A DNA stretch of 64,000 nucleotides from a virus (taxonomy: Duplodnaviria; Caudoviricetes), in the IMG/VR virus record IMGVR_UViG_3300043013_000026, positions 45,335 to 109,334 of that record; one strand, 5' to 3'. A program made the position numbers and the translations under genes. The notes under the pieces are model-generated. The model was not told the DNA's origin and searched no databases. It was given only the letters and a program-made list of their open reading frames with translations. Positions 29,806 through 39,985 of this stretch are shown piece by piece (the stretch's first letter is position 1; every line of letters begins with the position of its first letter).

Positions 29806-32467
29806 AATTGACTTCGCGCCTTCGCCTCGTCAATACTCCGTCTGGAAGAACCTGCAACCGGAGTGCCCGGTTTGCGGCGGTACGGTACGTCAAGTACAAA
29901 ACGGAGTCGATAGAAATGGCAATCCAACATACATATCTGTATGCCAAGATTGCGGCAATGACAACATTCCCCAAATAATTTTATGTGGAGGAGCTGCCGG
30001 CGGCGGGAAAATGACCTCACTTAACAGCCTGATTTGCACGCCGTTTGGCTTTAGACCGCTGAAAGATTTAAAAGTTGGTGACATTATCACCAACCCAACT
30101 ACAGGCGGTCAACAACGAGTTCTTTGGATACACCCAAAAGGTAAACATCCATTTTACCGTGTACATTTTGTTGACCAAACATACACTGAATGTTCAGAAG
30201 GTCATTTATGGAGAGCGCATCAGAGTCGCAAAAAGTCAAAATTAGCCAAGCGCTATCCAGAACATTACGCTGAATATGGAGACGATAAAATTTGGTCCAC
30301 AAAGCAAATGTATGAATGGTACCAGCGAAAAAAGAATGGTGTGAATGAAAGCAACAATCTAATCATTCCGCTCACTAAACCTGTGCAGTTTACTCTTGGC
30401 AATAACGATCCTCTATTGATTGAGCCGTATATATTAGGCGCAATTATTGGTGATGGGTGTATCGCAAATAGCTGTATATCCCAAGGTGTTGTTGAAATGA
30501 TTACAATGGACGAAGAAATCAAAGCCCGTTTTATCAATGCTGGATACGATATGTCTAATTATTACATGAAGCCGAATAACAAGGCTGCGCATTATCGTAT
30601 TCGCGACGCTAAACTCATTGATTCACTACGTCAGCTTGGCATCGCTGGAAATACCTCCATAAATCACATGATTCCTAAAAGGTATTTATACGCTTCTATC
30701 GAAGACCGATTAGAACTTATGAAAGGGCTTATGGATACTGATGGATATGTTGATAACAGAGGGCACATGAGCTATACATCAATCAGCAAGCAATTAGCTG
30801 AAGATGTGGCGTTTGTTGTACGCTCTTTAGGCGGTGTCGCAACCATTACAACCAATCCTGCTGGTTATAAAAATGAGAATGGCGAATATATCAAATGTAA
30901 TGATACATGGGACGTACAAATTCGCATTGAAGAACTGGCACCAGAATTTGTCGGCTTAACGCGCAAAAAAGAGCGTACCAGATTAACTTTCAACGGTGGC
31001 GCTTCCAAACTCGGTAAACGCATTACAGATGTCGAGTATATTGGCGAGCAAGAGAGCTTCTGTATCACCGTTGACGACCCGTCAGGACTTTACATCACCG
31101 ACAACTTCACTGTCACTCACAACTCGTACCTCGGTTCATGCTGGCTCATCAGTAGCTGCTTGCGTTGGTCCGATATGCGTATGGTTGTCGCTCGTAAAAC
31201 TCTCAAGAGCTTGCGCGAGTCAACTTGGAACACTATCCAGAGCGTAGCGAAATCCTGGGGACTTGAGGAACAGGTTCACTACAAAATCAATAACCTCTCA
31301 GGGGAAATGATATTCTGGAACGGTTCCAAAATCATTATGAAGGAAATGGCATATTCGCCATCAGACCCGGACTATTTGCGCTTCGGTTCATCGGAGTTCT
31401 CAGGAGGTTTCATTGATGAGGTCGGCGAAGTTGACCAGCGAGGCGTTGACGTTTTGTTCTCCCGTCTCCGTTGGCGAGTTGCCGACACGACCAAAGTGCC
31501 CAAGCTCCTGATGTCAACCAACCCGTGTATGGGATGGGTACGTGATAGGTTTGTGCTGGATGAGAACGCAGAGCCGGTGGTTTGCCGCCCCAACGAAATA
31601 TACATCCCCTTCAGCGTTTACGACAACCCAGACAAGAACTTTGTCAACGCTTACGTTTCCTCGCTGTATAAGATTTCCGACCCCAGCGTAAGAGAACGTC
31701 TGCTCTTTGGTAACTGGCTGTATGTTGATGTCAACGATGCTGCCTGCTATTGGAAGTTTGACGGAGCAAAGCACTTGGTTGACGGATTGAAAGAGTCTAA
31801 ATACGACCCTCTGAAGCCGTTAATCCTCAGCTTTGACTTCAACGTTGCGCCTTACATGAGTTGTTTGGTAGCTCAGATTGATTACGACAACAAGGTTGTT
31901 TACATCCTGGAAGAAATTCTCGGAAGACCTGAGCAAAAGGAGAATAACACACCCAAGTTCGCCGAAAAAATCCGAAACCATCTGCTTAATGCCGGTCATG
32001 CGGGAGGCGTGGTGGTTACAGGCGACCCGGCAGGATTGTCACGCACAACGACAACTGAAGATGGCGTGAACAACTACACCATTCTGCTTTCAATCCTTGA
32101 CAGCCCTCTACTTAGACCGAAGAAGAAGCTGCTCAATAAACAACCATCCCAGATTACCCGCTTGGAATTTGTCAACAATATCTTCGATGGGTATCAAGGC
32201 TGGAGCATACAAATTGACCTCAAATGCCGTAAGTTGATTGAAGACCTCATCAACCAGCGCAAAGAAATGGACGGTTCCAAGAGCAAGGCGAAAATCATGG
32301 ATGCCAAGCTTGGAATAAAATATGAACGATACGGCCACTTCTCTGACACCTTAGACTACCTTCTTGTACTATTCTTAAATGAACCGTGGAAGAAGTTTAA
32401 TTCCAGCGGAAGTTCCGGAATAACGACATTCAATGGGACTCCGATATACGGGTCATTTGAATATTAA
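29771..32467 (+). CDS. Terminase large subunit containing an intein
   Basis: Walker A GGAAGGGK|S split by an intein; 'FIDEVGE', 'STNP', nuclease 'SFDFNV', 'HFSDTLDY'. Confidence 0.9.
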   Translation: MIPGLKPPTNLKIDFAPSPRQYSVWKNLQPECPVCGGTVRQVQNGVDRNGNPTYISVCQDCGNDNIPQIILCGGAAGGGKMTSLNSLICTPFGFRPLKDLKVGDIITNPTTGGQQRVLWIHPKGKHPFYRVHFVDQTYTECSEGHLWRAHQSRKKSKLAKRYPEHYAEYGDDKIWSTKQMYEWYQRKKNGVNESNNLIIPLTKPVQFTLGNNDPLLIEPYILGAIIGDGCIANSCISQGVVEMITMDEEIKARFINAGYDMSNYYMKPNNKAAHYRIRDAKLIDSLRQLGIAGNTSINHMIPKRYLYASIEDRLELMKGLMDTDGYVDNRGHMSYTSISKQLAEDVAFVVRSLGGVATITTNPAGYKNENGEYIKCNDTWDVQIRIEELAPEFVGLTRKKERTRLTFNGGASKLGKRITDVEYIGEQESFCITVDDPSGLYITDNFTVTHNSYLGSCWLISSCLRWSDMRMVVARKTLKSLRESTWNTIQSVAKSWGLEEQVHYKINNLSGEMIFWNGSKIIMKEMAYSPSDPDYLRFGSSEFSGGFIDEVGEVDQRGVDVLFSRLRWRVADTTKVPKLLMSTNPCMGWVRDRFVLDENAEPVVCRPNEIYIPFSVYDNPDKNFVNAYVSSLYKISDPSVRERLLFGNWLYVDVNDAACYWKFDGAKHLVDGLKESKYDPLKPLILSFDFNVAPYMSCLVAQIDYDNKVVYILEEILGRPEQKENNTPKFAEKIRNHLLNAGHAGGVVVTGDPAGLSRTTTTEDGVNNYTILLSILDSPLLRPKKKLLNKQPSQITRLEFVNNIFDGYQGWSIQIDLKCRKLIEDLINQRKEMDGSKSKAKIMDAKLGIKYERYGHFSDTLDYLLVLFLNEPWKKFNSSGSSGITTFNGTPIYGSFEY
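30011..31123 (+). mobile_element. Class 3 intein with LAGLIDADG homing endonuclease (371 aa)
   Basis: Starts with Met, ends VTHN|S; W (HLW), C (FCITV), T (VTHN) signature; LGAIIGDG and LMKGLMDTDG motifs. Confidence 0.85.
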
Positions 32468-32469
32468 AC

Positions 32470-33501
32470 GTGATTGATATGTCTCAAAGATTTCTCAATA
32501 ACAACGACTATATGAGTCAGATTTCGGATGAGTTGTTTAACCAGCTTATCCGAGGTCAGCAAATACGTGTTGAGCAAGCTGAGGAAGCCGCAGAAGCATC
32601 AATCGTCGAGTACCTGACGGATAACTATGAGGTGGAAAAGGCACTTCAGGTTGGCAAAAATCTTCGCGAGTATAATTCACGCATCACCTATCCGGTAGGC
32701 GTTCATTTCTACTACGAAGGGAAAATTGTAGAGGCGCTTCGGTCCATTAACGGTATTAAGGCACCGGCTTCCAAAGAGTACTGGCGAGAATATGAAGATT
32801 TTGACGGCGCACAAGGCAAGTCTGTTTCCCCATACTCTCAGCTGATGAATTACCGACCGGGAGATCTCGTTTTCTTCAACGGTACGATTTACGAGTGCAT
32901 GGAATATAACGGACTGGATTACGCCGACATTCGCATCCCAGGCATTATCGCATGGGAAACGGTTGAAGTATCCACTTGGGAACCTAATTTGGAGTATGAA
33001 CTTTGGAACGTAGTAGAGTGGGAAGGTCAGTTCTTCGCTTTGATTAGCCTGGATAACATTGACCTTACCGTTAACCCGATGGACTCTGATAATTGGGGTC
33101 TTATCGGCAAGTACGACCCAGAATACGAATACGAGTTCAAAGATACAGAATACGTGGAGTTCGACGGTAAAGTTTGGATTCCTACAATGACACCCACCGC
33201 CGATAAACTCGTCGAGGGGTATAACTTCAGATACAATGACCCCAGAAATACCAACCTCAAAAAACACATGGTCAAAATCGCGCTATACGAACTGCATAAA
33301 CTTATCTCGCCGAACAACGTTAGCTCGGCTCGCATCACAGACTATGAGGCGACTATGCAGTGGCTACATGACGCGAACCGTTGCAAAATCAATCCGCAAA
33401 TCCCAAGAAAGATGGATGAGGAGAAGAAACCGGTCAGCGAAATAGCGATAGCAACTTTTCAGAGCGATTACGACCCAAGAAAAAATCCGTGGCAGATATA
33501 G
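32470..33501 (+). CDS. Putative head-tail adaptor-like protein with inserted aromatic (CBM-like) repeats
   Basis: Termini resemble gp36/DUF1320-type connectors ('AEASIVEYL..YEV', 'IALYELH...DYEATMQWL'); internal 'YxxGDxVxxxG' repeats. Confidence 0.5.
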   Translation: MIDMSQRFLNNNDYMSQISDELFNQLIRGQQIRVEQAEEAAEASIVEYLTDNYEVEKALQVGKNLREYNSRITYPVGVHFYYEGKIVEALRSINGIKAPASKEYWREYEDFDGAQGKSVSPYSQLMNYRPGDLVFFNGTIYECMEYNGLDYADIRIPGIIAWETVEVSTWEPNLEYELWNVVEWEGQFFALISLDNIDLTVNPMDSDNWGLIGKYDPEYEYEFKDTEYVEFDGKVWIPTMTPTADKLVEGYNFRYNDPRNTNLKKHMVKIALYELHKLISPNNVSSARITDYEATMQWLHDANRCKINPQIPRKMDEEKKPVSEIAIATFQSDYDPRKNPWQI

Positions 33502-33533
33502 TGCGACCGCCCGGAGCTAACCCGACAAGGTGC

Positions 33534-33561
33534 GAATCCCGACTATTATGGCCGGGATTCG
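33534..33561. terminator. Stem-loop between convergent genes
   Basis: CGAATCCCG...CGGGATTCG followed by TTTT. Confidence 0.55.
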
Positions 33562-33577
33562 TTTTGTCTATAGGCGT

Positions 33578-34849
33578 TTACTCAGCAGCCATCATAAAGG
33601 CTTCAGTAAGCTTATCGCGGTTTTGCTGACACTCTCCATTATAATAATGTTGCTGTATCATTTCTATGCTGGTGCCGGCGGCATTAGCAACGTATGATAC
33701 TGAGAGCCCGTGGTCGATAGCAACGGTTATGGCAGTGTGGCGAAACACGTAGGCATAAAGGTCGAAATGCAACCCAAGTTCTTTGCCGACAACTTTCAGC
33801 CATTTGTTCAGAAACTCACGGAATTTTTTGAAAGTGTAATCCTTGGTCGTGTACTTCTTTTCCTTCTCATCGTCCATGATAGGAAAGATGTAGCCGTCCT
33901 TTGATTGGCCTTTATACTTATCTATAATCGCACGCATAGCAGGAGTCACCGGAACTTCAACGGGACGGTGCGTTTTCTTGCGTCTAACGGCGATTGTCCC
34001 TTTTCTGGTAATGTCCCTCCACTTTGCTTTTATCACATCACAGGGAGCAAAAAACGAGTGAAACATGAACACGCAAAAGTCGTAATAGATTTCCACCATT
34101 TTGCGGTCCTTATACTTCGGTGTCAAATCCTGAACACTGAGGTTGAGGAACATTCTCAGCTCGTCGGCAGAAAGCACATCAGGCTCTCGCATTTCCACAG
34201 CGTATCTGTCAGGGTTGTAATCTACGAACTTGAAATCGCCAATCTGAGTTAGCTGGAAGGAGACATCTCGATCCTTGCTTGCTTTCCCCAGCAAGGCACG
34301 AAAACGTTTTGAGTGGTGCACGTATGCCTTACCTTTGGCGAAGATATTGGCAATCTGCACCATCTTATTGTAATCAAGGGTTGAGAACGGCATTGCTTCA
34401 AAGCCCGGAATTTCTTTGCGGCATTTCTGAAGGAGCTTGTAATATCCCTCAAAATTGCAACCGGCTTTCGCCTTTTCTCTAAGTGTGATTACCTCCAGAT
34501 ATTTGGCTACAGAATTAGAATACTGCTCAACGGTCCAGTCAGCAAGCTCAACAGGCTCGCTTCCGGTGTGGCGGCTTTCATTCTTGTAGTAGTCGGAGAT
34601 TTGCCTTGCGGTCAATTCCGGGTGTTCGGTCACGAGCTTCCAGTACACCTGCTTGAACTCGGAAAGGGCTTGGTTGTTTTCTACGTGGCAAGGGGAGTAA
34701 CCTGAGAACTGTTCCTTGTCAGCTTTCCAGTGTTTGAGGTCAGGAGAACCTTTAAGAAGATACTCCACGTTCTTGTAAAACCGGTCTTTGTTTTCGGAAA
34801 TTCTCAGGACAAGTGAGCCGGACCGGATAATGATTTTTAGTTTCACCAT
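33578..34849 (-). CDS. Tyrosine integrase
   Basis: 'RRKKT', 'YVFRHT', 'QQHYY' catalytic-type motifs; adjacent att-like site. Confidence 0.85.
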   Translation of the reverse strand: MVKLKIIIRSGSLVLRISENKDRFYKNVEYLLKGSPDLKHWKADKEQFSGYSPCHVENNQALSEFKQVYWKLVTEHPELTARQISDYYKNESRHTGSEPVELADWTVEQYSNSVAKYLEVITLREKAKAGCNFEGYYKLLQKCRKEIPGFEAMPFSTLDYNKMVQIANIFAKGKAYVHHSKRFRALLGKASKDRDVSFQLTQIGDFKFVDYNPDRYAVEMREPDVLSADELRMFLNLSVQDLTPKYKDRKMVEIYYDFCVFMFHSFFAPCDVIKAKWRDITRKGTIAVRRKKTHRPVEVPVTPAMRAIIDKYKGQSKDGYIFPIMDDEKEKKYTTKDYTFKKFREFLNKWLKVVGKELGLHFDLYAYVFRHTAITVAIDHGLSVSYVANAAGTSIEMIQQHYYNGECQQNRDKLTEAFMMAAE

Positions 34850-34911
34850 GACTATTCATGCTTTTATGAAAATGATTATGATGAACCAATGAGTCGAGGT
34901 GAATCCGGCGT

Positions 34912-35209
34912 CACAAATTTTGCACACTCGAAGTCAAGATTTCGGCGATTGCACACCATTTTTGCCTCAAAAATGCACACTCGGAAAATTCGACTTAACA
35001 GTTTCCGCGTCCTTTTGGACTCAATTAGATGTCTTGATTTTCAAAGAGTTACCAATGAAATTCGTCTTAACGAAAAACGGTCAAACTTTTCTGTTTGACC
35101 GTCGATTGTGGTGCCACCAGGACACGTATTTTTAGACGACGCAAACATCTAATTTCCAAACTATTAGCCTTTGATTTCCTCGCTCAAATGCACAAATTTT
35201 GCACACTCG
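34912..35209. other. Putative attP: tRNA 3'-end core (35109-35122) flanked by arm-type direct repeats
   Basis: Reverse complement TCCTGGTGGCACCA; CACAAATTTTGCACACTCG at 34912-34930 and 35191-35209; further TGCACAC copies at about 34950 and 34974. Confidence 0.7.
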
Positions 35210-35445
35210 GCTTCAGCAGGACTCTCAGTTGCTGCTGCAAAGATATAACATAAATCTCGTTTTTCCAAATCCGTATAACAAGGTTCATGTCAGCGAAATA
35301 ATCAAAAATCTCCCGTATTTTCATCTTAACATAAATTATTTGCGATATTGTTGCACATCACACCTCTCAAAAATAGAAAACCCTCTCGTTTCACAACGAA
35401 AGGGAAAACCACGTGTAATTAACAACAAACAAGAAAAGAAACAAC

Positions 35446-35856
35446 CTAAAAATCACCCAATACCTTAAAAACTGCCTTGATGTTTCCGGACTGACAATAA
35501 CGAACAGCGTCATCGTAGTCCAAGTCAACAAACGCAATCATGCCATCAGGTTTTACGCAAAGAAAACGATAGCCAAAGAGATTAGATTCGAGGAGCTTTC
35601 CAACTACGATTTCCGTATGAGAAACGGAGTACGTACCGCCCAGTTTCAAATCAGTTAGTCCTTCAATGCTGGTGGAATAAGTTCCATGTTCCAGTCGAAC
35701 AGCCTCTTTGCGTTTATATCTGCAAGAAGCGAGATTGCCATATTTGTCAACCGTATATATTCGACGACCCGATTTGATTACCAAGCCGTCGCCTTTACCT
35801 TCTCCAGTCCACTCCAATATTTCAGGAGCGTCTGTTAATCGTTTGTCTTGTCCCAT
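35446..35856 (-). CDS. Hypothetical protein
   Basis: ORF in - strand operon. Confidence 0.55.
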   Translation of the reverse strand: MGQDKRLTDAPEILEWTGEGKGDGLVIKSGRRIYTVDKYGNLASCRYKRKEAVRLEHGTYSTSIEGLTDLKLGGTYSVSHTEIVVGKLLESNLFGYRFLCVKPDGMIAFVDLDYDDAVRYCQSGNIKAVFKVLGDF

Positions 35857-35857
35857 G

Positions 35858-36115
35858 TTAGAAGATGATTAGATGGATACCATAGCCCACTGCGCCACCC
35901 AAAACGGTAGCAGCCAGATCGAGCCAGTCAAATCCGTTTCCAACGACCCATCCAAAGATACCGCCCTTCTTACCGTTCCACAACCAGTCTTTAACCTCTG
36001 CGGTACAAGCAGCGGAGATAACGGCGATGTAGCCAAGCGTTAAACCAAGAAGAAAACCGACCACGATATGCTGAGGACGATTGCTTTCAGTAAGCCATTT
36101 TAAGTACTTCTTCAT
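35858..36115 (-). CDS. Small membrane protein
   Basis: Two hydrophobic segments; 'FDWLDLAATVLGG'. Confidence 0.6.
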   Translation of the reverse strand: MKKYLKWLTESNRPQHIVVGFLLGLTLGYIAVISAACTAEVKDWLWNGKKGGIFGWVVGNGFDWLDLAATVLGGAVGYGIHLIIF

Positions 36116-36223
36116 AATCTTTTTATTTATGAATAGCTTGTGGGCGCACGCGATGGGGCATAAAAAGAGGGATATAGCGCTTTCGAGCCATACCCCTCTC
36201 CAATCTCAAAAATTAGCGCACGG

Positions 36224-36634
36224 TTATTTATTGCCAAAGTCAGCCGGGGTCTCTCCCCAGCGCTTGTTATCCCAATGAATTACTTGGATTGTATCTACGT
36301 CCGCTGAGAGAGCCCGTAAGAACATCTCAGCGCGTTGAAGGTCACGACATGGTTTCACAGAAGACGTTTTCTTACTGTCGAACCATGTGATTGCAGTAGT
36401 GGAGTCTGTAAATATGATACGAGGCTGGAAGTCGTTTTCGATAATGTATTTGACTGCTTCTATCACGGCAAGGAACTCACCTATATTGGTAGTTTGATTG
36501 CCCAGATCACGGTAAAAGATACGCTCCTTTGTTGCGAGGTTTATGCCTTGGTATTCCGTTTTCCCATTCTTCATGGAATGGGCGGCATCAGTGGCGATTC
36601 CCTCTGTTGGTCTTGTGAGTCTTTTTGTTGCCAT
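36224..36634 (-). CDS. rnhA: Ribonuclease HI (catalytic domain only)
   Basis: 'IATDAA', 'TTNIGEFLA', 'FTDS', 'WGETPADFG' as in B. halodurans/Bacteroides-type RNase HI. Confidence 0.85.
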   Translation of the reverse strand: MATKRLTRPTEGIATDAAHSMKNGKTEYQGINLATKERIFYRDLGNQTTNIGEFLAVIEAVKYIIENDFQPRIIFTDSTTAITWFDSKKTSSVKPCRDLQRAEMFLRALSADVDTIQVIHWDNKRWGETPADFGNK

Positions 36635-37205
36635 TAATCTGCATCATGTCTTGTTTCATCAGCTCGATAAGGTTGGTGGCAGCAGTAGTGAAATCGTCAA
36701 CCACATCCATCAGGTCTTTAACGTCGCAACGCCTTTCCAAAATAGCTCGGCACGCCGGTAAAGATTTGACAGATTCCTTTTGACCACGGAACGGGTCGAA
36801 GCGGATGATTTTGTTGCCGAAGCTAACTTCGACATTATACTTAATACCACGAATGTATTTAGTAGAGATAGTCGCTTTGAACTGTACCGGGTTAGCCTCG
36901 ATAGCAATATAGCCTGGAACATGCTCCTCACCAGTCTTTTCGTTGAGCGTTTTGCCCATCGGAATCAGCGTACAGTCGTATAGCACGTTGATGAGGATGT
37001 TATTGGACATCTCACGGTCAATGATGACGATTTTCTTCGGGTACGGTGAATCCTGACGAACACCGCAAACGACATCATTAACTGGGTTTTGAGATACGAA
37101 GCTAATGAGCGCTCCGTTCTTGTCAGATTTGATGAACTTGAGCTTTGTGTGGATTTTCTCCACGCCTGCCCCAGTAGATTCGATTTTATTAGTCTCTTTT
37201 TCCAT
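36588..37205 (-). CDS. Hypothetical protein
   Basis: 205-aa ORF downstream of a TAACTTTG promoter at about 37278-37285. Confidence 0.65.
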   Translation of the reverse strand: MEKETNKIESTGAGVEKIHTKLKFIKSDKNGALISFVSQNPVNDVVCGVRQDSPYPKKIVIIDREMSNNILINVLYDCTLIPMGKTLNEKTGEEHVPGYIAIEANPVQFKATISTKYIRGIKYNVEVSFGNKIIRFDPFRGQKESVKSLPACRAILERRCDVKDLMDVVDDFTTAATNLIELMKQDMMQINGNKKTHKTNRGNRH

Positions 37206-37457
37206 TATGGCATTGTTTCTATTGATTATTCAAAATAAATGTACCGCCAGGAGCATATATGTAATGACTGGTGGTACAAAGTTAACTTATAAAAGCCAAA
37301 AATCCTCAAGAAAATCGAAGAAAATTTCGTCTAAATATCTGATTTACAAGATATTATCATTTAGACGATTTTTGCATACAATTTGCTTGCGGAAGATTGG
37401 CTCTCAGCTGCTTAGATTCGATTTAACGAACCTATTTATTGTTAAGACGAAAAATTT

Positions 37458-37763
37458 TTAGTAGTCCATATCTTTTTCTGCTTTAATGCGTTTCACATCC
37501 GGAAAATCGAGGATGCCATCGCGGTTTCTGTACGTGATGAGCTGTATTTCGATGCCAAGGTTGCTCAGCGTCGATAAAATAGAAATGTCGTTGGGCAAAA
37601 GTCCAACGCCGGGCTCTGAAACATAAATTGTCGGGATTAATTTTGACACCATTTCCACGTTGTCACCAAGAACTGCATAATGATTGGTAAGCTGGTAGAG
37701 AATGAGTGCTTCGGGATACATGGCTTTATAGTAGTCATGCACTTCAATTTGTCTTGCGTTCAT
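37458..37763 (-). CDS. MutS domain I-like small protein
   Basis: 'YKAMYPEALILYQLTNHY' resembles MutS-I KxxYPDxILLFxxGDFY. Confidence 0.4.
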   Translation of the reverse strand: MNARQIEVHDYYKAMYPEALILYQLTNHYAVLGDNVEMVSKLIPTIYVSEPGVGLLPNDISILSTLSNLGIEIQLITYRNRDGILDFPDVKRIKAEKDMDY

Positions 37764-37773
37764 ACTCGTATTG

Positions 37774-38133
37774 TTATAATTGGATATTGTCTATCACACA
37801 TTGGTCACACAAGCCATCGTTCCTCTTGTGCTCAAGTTTAGTGATTTCCTTATTGCAGTTTGTGCAATAATACACAGGCCGCTCTCTGGCATACAAATAC
37901 TTGCGCACTTTTGCGACAGGCATACCGTACTTGTTTGCAATAGCCTGGACAATGAGCTTGGGTAAGACCTTATTCTTGCGTTGAAGTTTATACTCATACT
38001 CAAAAACAATACGCACCGCAACTTCGTTCACCAGCAATCCCATAGCATCGAGTTTCTGGAGTTCCATAGCCGTCAACCCGACTACGGCAGAGAGCTTATT
38101 ATACTCTTCCTCGGAAAACTGGTAACGTCTCAT
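37774..38133 (-). CDS. Hypothetical protein with C-terminal Zn finger
   Basis: CTNC...CDQC. Confidence 0.6.
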   Translation of the reverse strand: MRRYQFSEEEYNKLSAVVGLTAMELQKLDAMGLLVNEVAVRIVFEYEYKLQRKNKVLPKLIVQAIANKYGMPVAKVRKYLYARERPVYYCTNCNKEITKLEHKRNDGLCDQCVIDNIQL

Positions 38134-38381
38134 GCTTTCTTCTTTTTCTTCGGCTTCGCGTACTCTTCTATCTTGTTGCGAATGTCAATGATGGATTGCT
38201 CGAAGCCGTCCAGCACATCCAAAGCATCTTCCATCGCAGCACCCCTGGAAGACATCTGTAATCCTTCAGGCAGTGCGTCGTAAGCGTCTTGTTCTTCGTC
38301 GCGTATATCGTTGAGACAGTCAACCGCTTCATCGAGCAGTTGAGTTACGTCGTATAATTCTTCACGTCTTTCTTTATTCAT
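38130..38381 (-). CDS. Hypothetical helical protein
   Basis: 'EEQDAYDALPEGLQ..RG' phage-type motif. Confidence 0.65.
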   Translation of the reverse strand: MNKERREELYDVTQLLDEAVDCLNDIRDEEQDAYDALPEGLQMSSRGAAMEDALDVLDGFEQSIIDIRNKIEEYAKPKKKKKA

Positions 38382-38382
38382 A

Positions 38383-38790
38383 TTATAAAATTATGTCAGC
38401 GTCCAAAGCAGCGACAATGCTGAGGAATGAGTCCAGCTTCAAATCGCCGCGACCGCTTTCAAACGCTGTGATTACATTACCGGGGACGCTTGAACGTCTT
38501 GATAGTTCAGGCGTGCTCCATTCTATTGATTTTCTCTCGGTTATCAATGCCGTTCTCAGGTCCGATATATCCATGACGCTGGAATATTCATACCCCACAA
38601 TTTCAAATGAGGCGTGACACATACCCATATAGTTCAGCGCATCGCTCATGTTGATATTGTCGGCGGCATTGTCGATAGCTTCAATCTTTTGCTTAGTCAG
38701 CTGAAGCATAAAAGGAAGCGACTCTACAATGCGCACAGTCGCCAGTTCCTTTCTTAGTGTTAGCCATTTACAAAACTCTTGGCGTGTCAT
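38383..38790 (-). CDS. XRE-family HTH protein (tandem domains)
   Basis: 'ELSRRSSVPGNVITAFESGRGDLKLDSF'. Confidence 0.65.
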   Translation of the reverse strand: MTRQEFCKWLTLRKELATVRIVESLPFMLQLTKQKIEAIDNAADNINMSDALNYMGMCHASFEIVGYEYSSVMDISDLRTALITERKSIEWSTPELSRRSSVPGNVITAFESGRGDLKLDSFLSIVAALDADIIL

Positions 38791-39236
38791 TTGCCGTCAG
38801 ATTTATGCTCTTGATAATACGTCCATCCAAACCATATTAAGCCCACTAAAAAAATTATGCCAAATATGGCAGGAACGATAACATCAATCCATTCAGTGCA
38901 GAACGTATAATACAAGCCAACAATTAATAAAACAACTAAAGCAAATCCTCCGATGATAGTTAAACACCATAGCGCAACTTTGAATAGATATGCGCTAAGC
39001 GAATGGCTAAACTTTTCATCTGAATTATCAAAATTATCAGGAGTATAATGTGCAGCTACACACATGATAATACCCAACGCCATCACTCCAAGCAAAATCC
39101 ACCAGTAATCATCGCTATACAACTCAGGCATCTTGATTTGATAGCGTACTGGATATAGCGCATACCATAGTGGTATGGGCCAAAGCATACTTAATATGAT
39201 AAGCAGCTTTCCGATTGTTAATAGACACTTTCGCAT
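38787..39236 (-). CDS. Membrane protein (4 TM)
   Basis: Four hydrophobic segments. Confidence 0.65.
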   Translation of the reverse strand: MRKCLLTIGKLLIILSMLWPIPLWYALYPVRYQIKMPELYSDDYWWILLGVMALGIIMCVAAHYTPDNFDNSDEKFSHSLSAYLFKVALWCLTIIGGFALVVLLIVGLYYTFCTEWIDVIVPAIFGIIFLVGLIWFGWTYYQEHKSDGK

Positions 39237-39239
39237 AGC

Positions 39240-39596
39240 TTACAGAAATGACGTTAGTTTTATAGCCACAATGCCGGCAGATAGAAATGCCAGCACTCCA
39301 AGTAGTATTCCAAAGCCATTTAGTGCTGGCTTGAGAACACCAGATTTCCGTGGAACAAGCCACCAATAAAGAGCCGCAATAGCGTTTATCGCAGCCCCAA
39401 TGCCGATGTATATTATGCCCTCCCAGATCATTGACCATTGCCATGCTTTGTGGTCTGCGGATTCGCTAATAAGCCCTACGGTTCCGACCAAAACACCGGA
39501 AGCCAAGAAGCCTAAAGTTGCTCCAGCAAATACCATAGTAGGTATGTCTGTCAGCGCAAATTTCTTAGTTTTCTTTTCTTTATCTTGCTTATTCAT
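39240..39596 (-). CDS. Membrane protein (3 TM)
   Basis: Hydrophobic segments; TATCTTTG promoter at about 39623-39630. Confidence 0.65.
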   Translation of the reverse strand: MNKQDKEKKTKKFALTDIPTMVFAGATLGFLASGVLVGTVGLISESADHKAWQWSMIWEGIIYIGIGAAINAIAALYWWLVPRKSGVLKPALNGFGILLGVLAFLSAGIVAIKLTSFL

Positions 39597-39766
39597 TATG
39601 TACTTATCAGTTTGATTTAGTGCAAAGATACAAATAAATAACGGAAATGGTTTTGCAACTATTTGGGTATGCGCAAATTAATTTGTATATTTACAGAAGA
39701 AAAGGGAGATGCCGAAGTGTTGCGCATCCCAGCATCTCCCACACAGATAGCATGATTTGAGCCTAT

Positions 39767-39979
39767 TTACGCCGGCTTCAAATCGGACTCACGGGCGATT
39801 CCTTTTAGAACGGCATTGTCAACTTCAACGCGATAGAAGAAGTCGCGTTCTTCCGCATCGTTCTCGCTGAAAGCGGCATAAACCTTCTTTACTTTACCAA
39901 CCTTCCCCTTAAACTGAGGCTGAAGGCTGTTGCTCGTGATGATCACCTTGTCGTCTGTCTTAAACTTACTTGATGCCAT
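39767..39979 (-). CDS. KOW/SH3-like small protein
   Basis: 'FKTDDKVII...GKVGKV'. Confidence 0.6.
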   Translation of the reverse strand: MASSKFKTDDKVIITSNSLQPQFKGKVGKVKKVYAAFSENDAEERDFFYRVEVDNAVLKGIARESDLKPA

Positions 39980-39985
39980 AACGTT

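Noticed and set aside
35060-35190. Complete tRNA gene
   Set aside because: Only the 14-nt 3' end is present and no cloverleaf can be built
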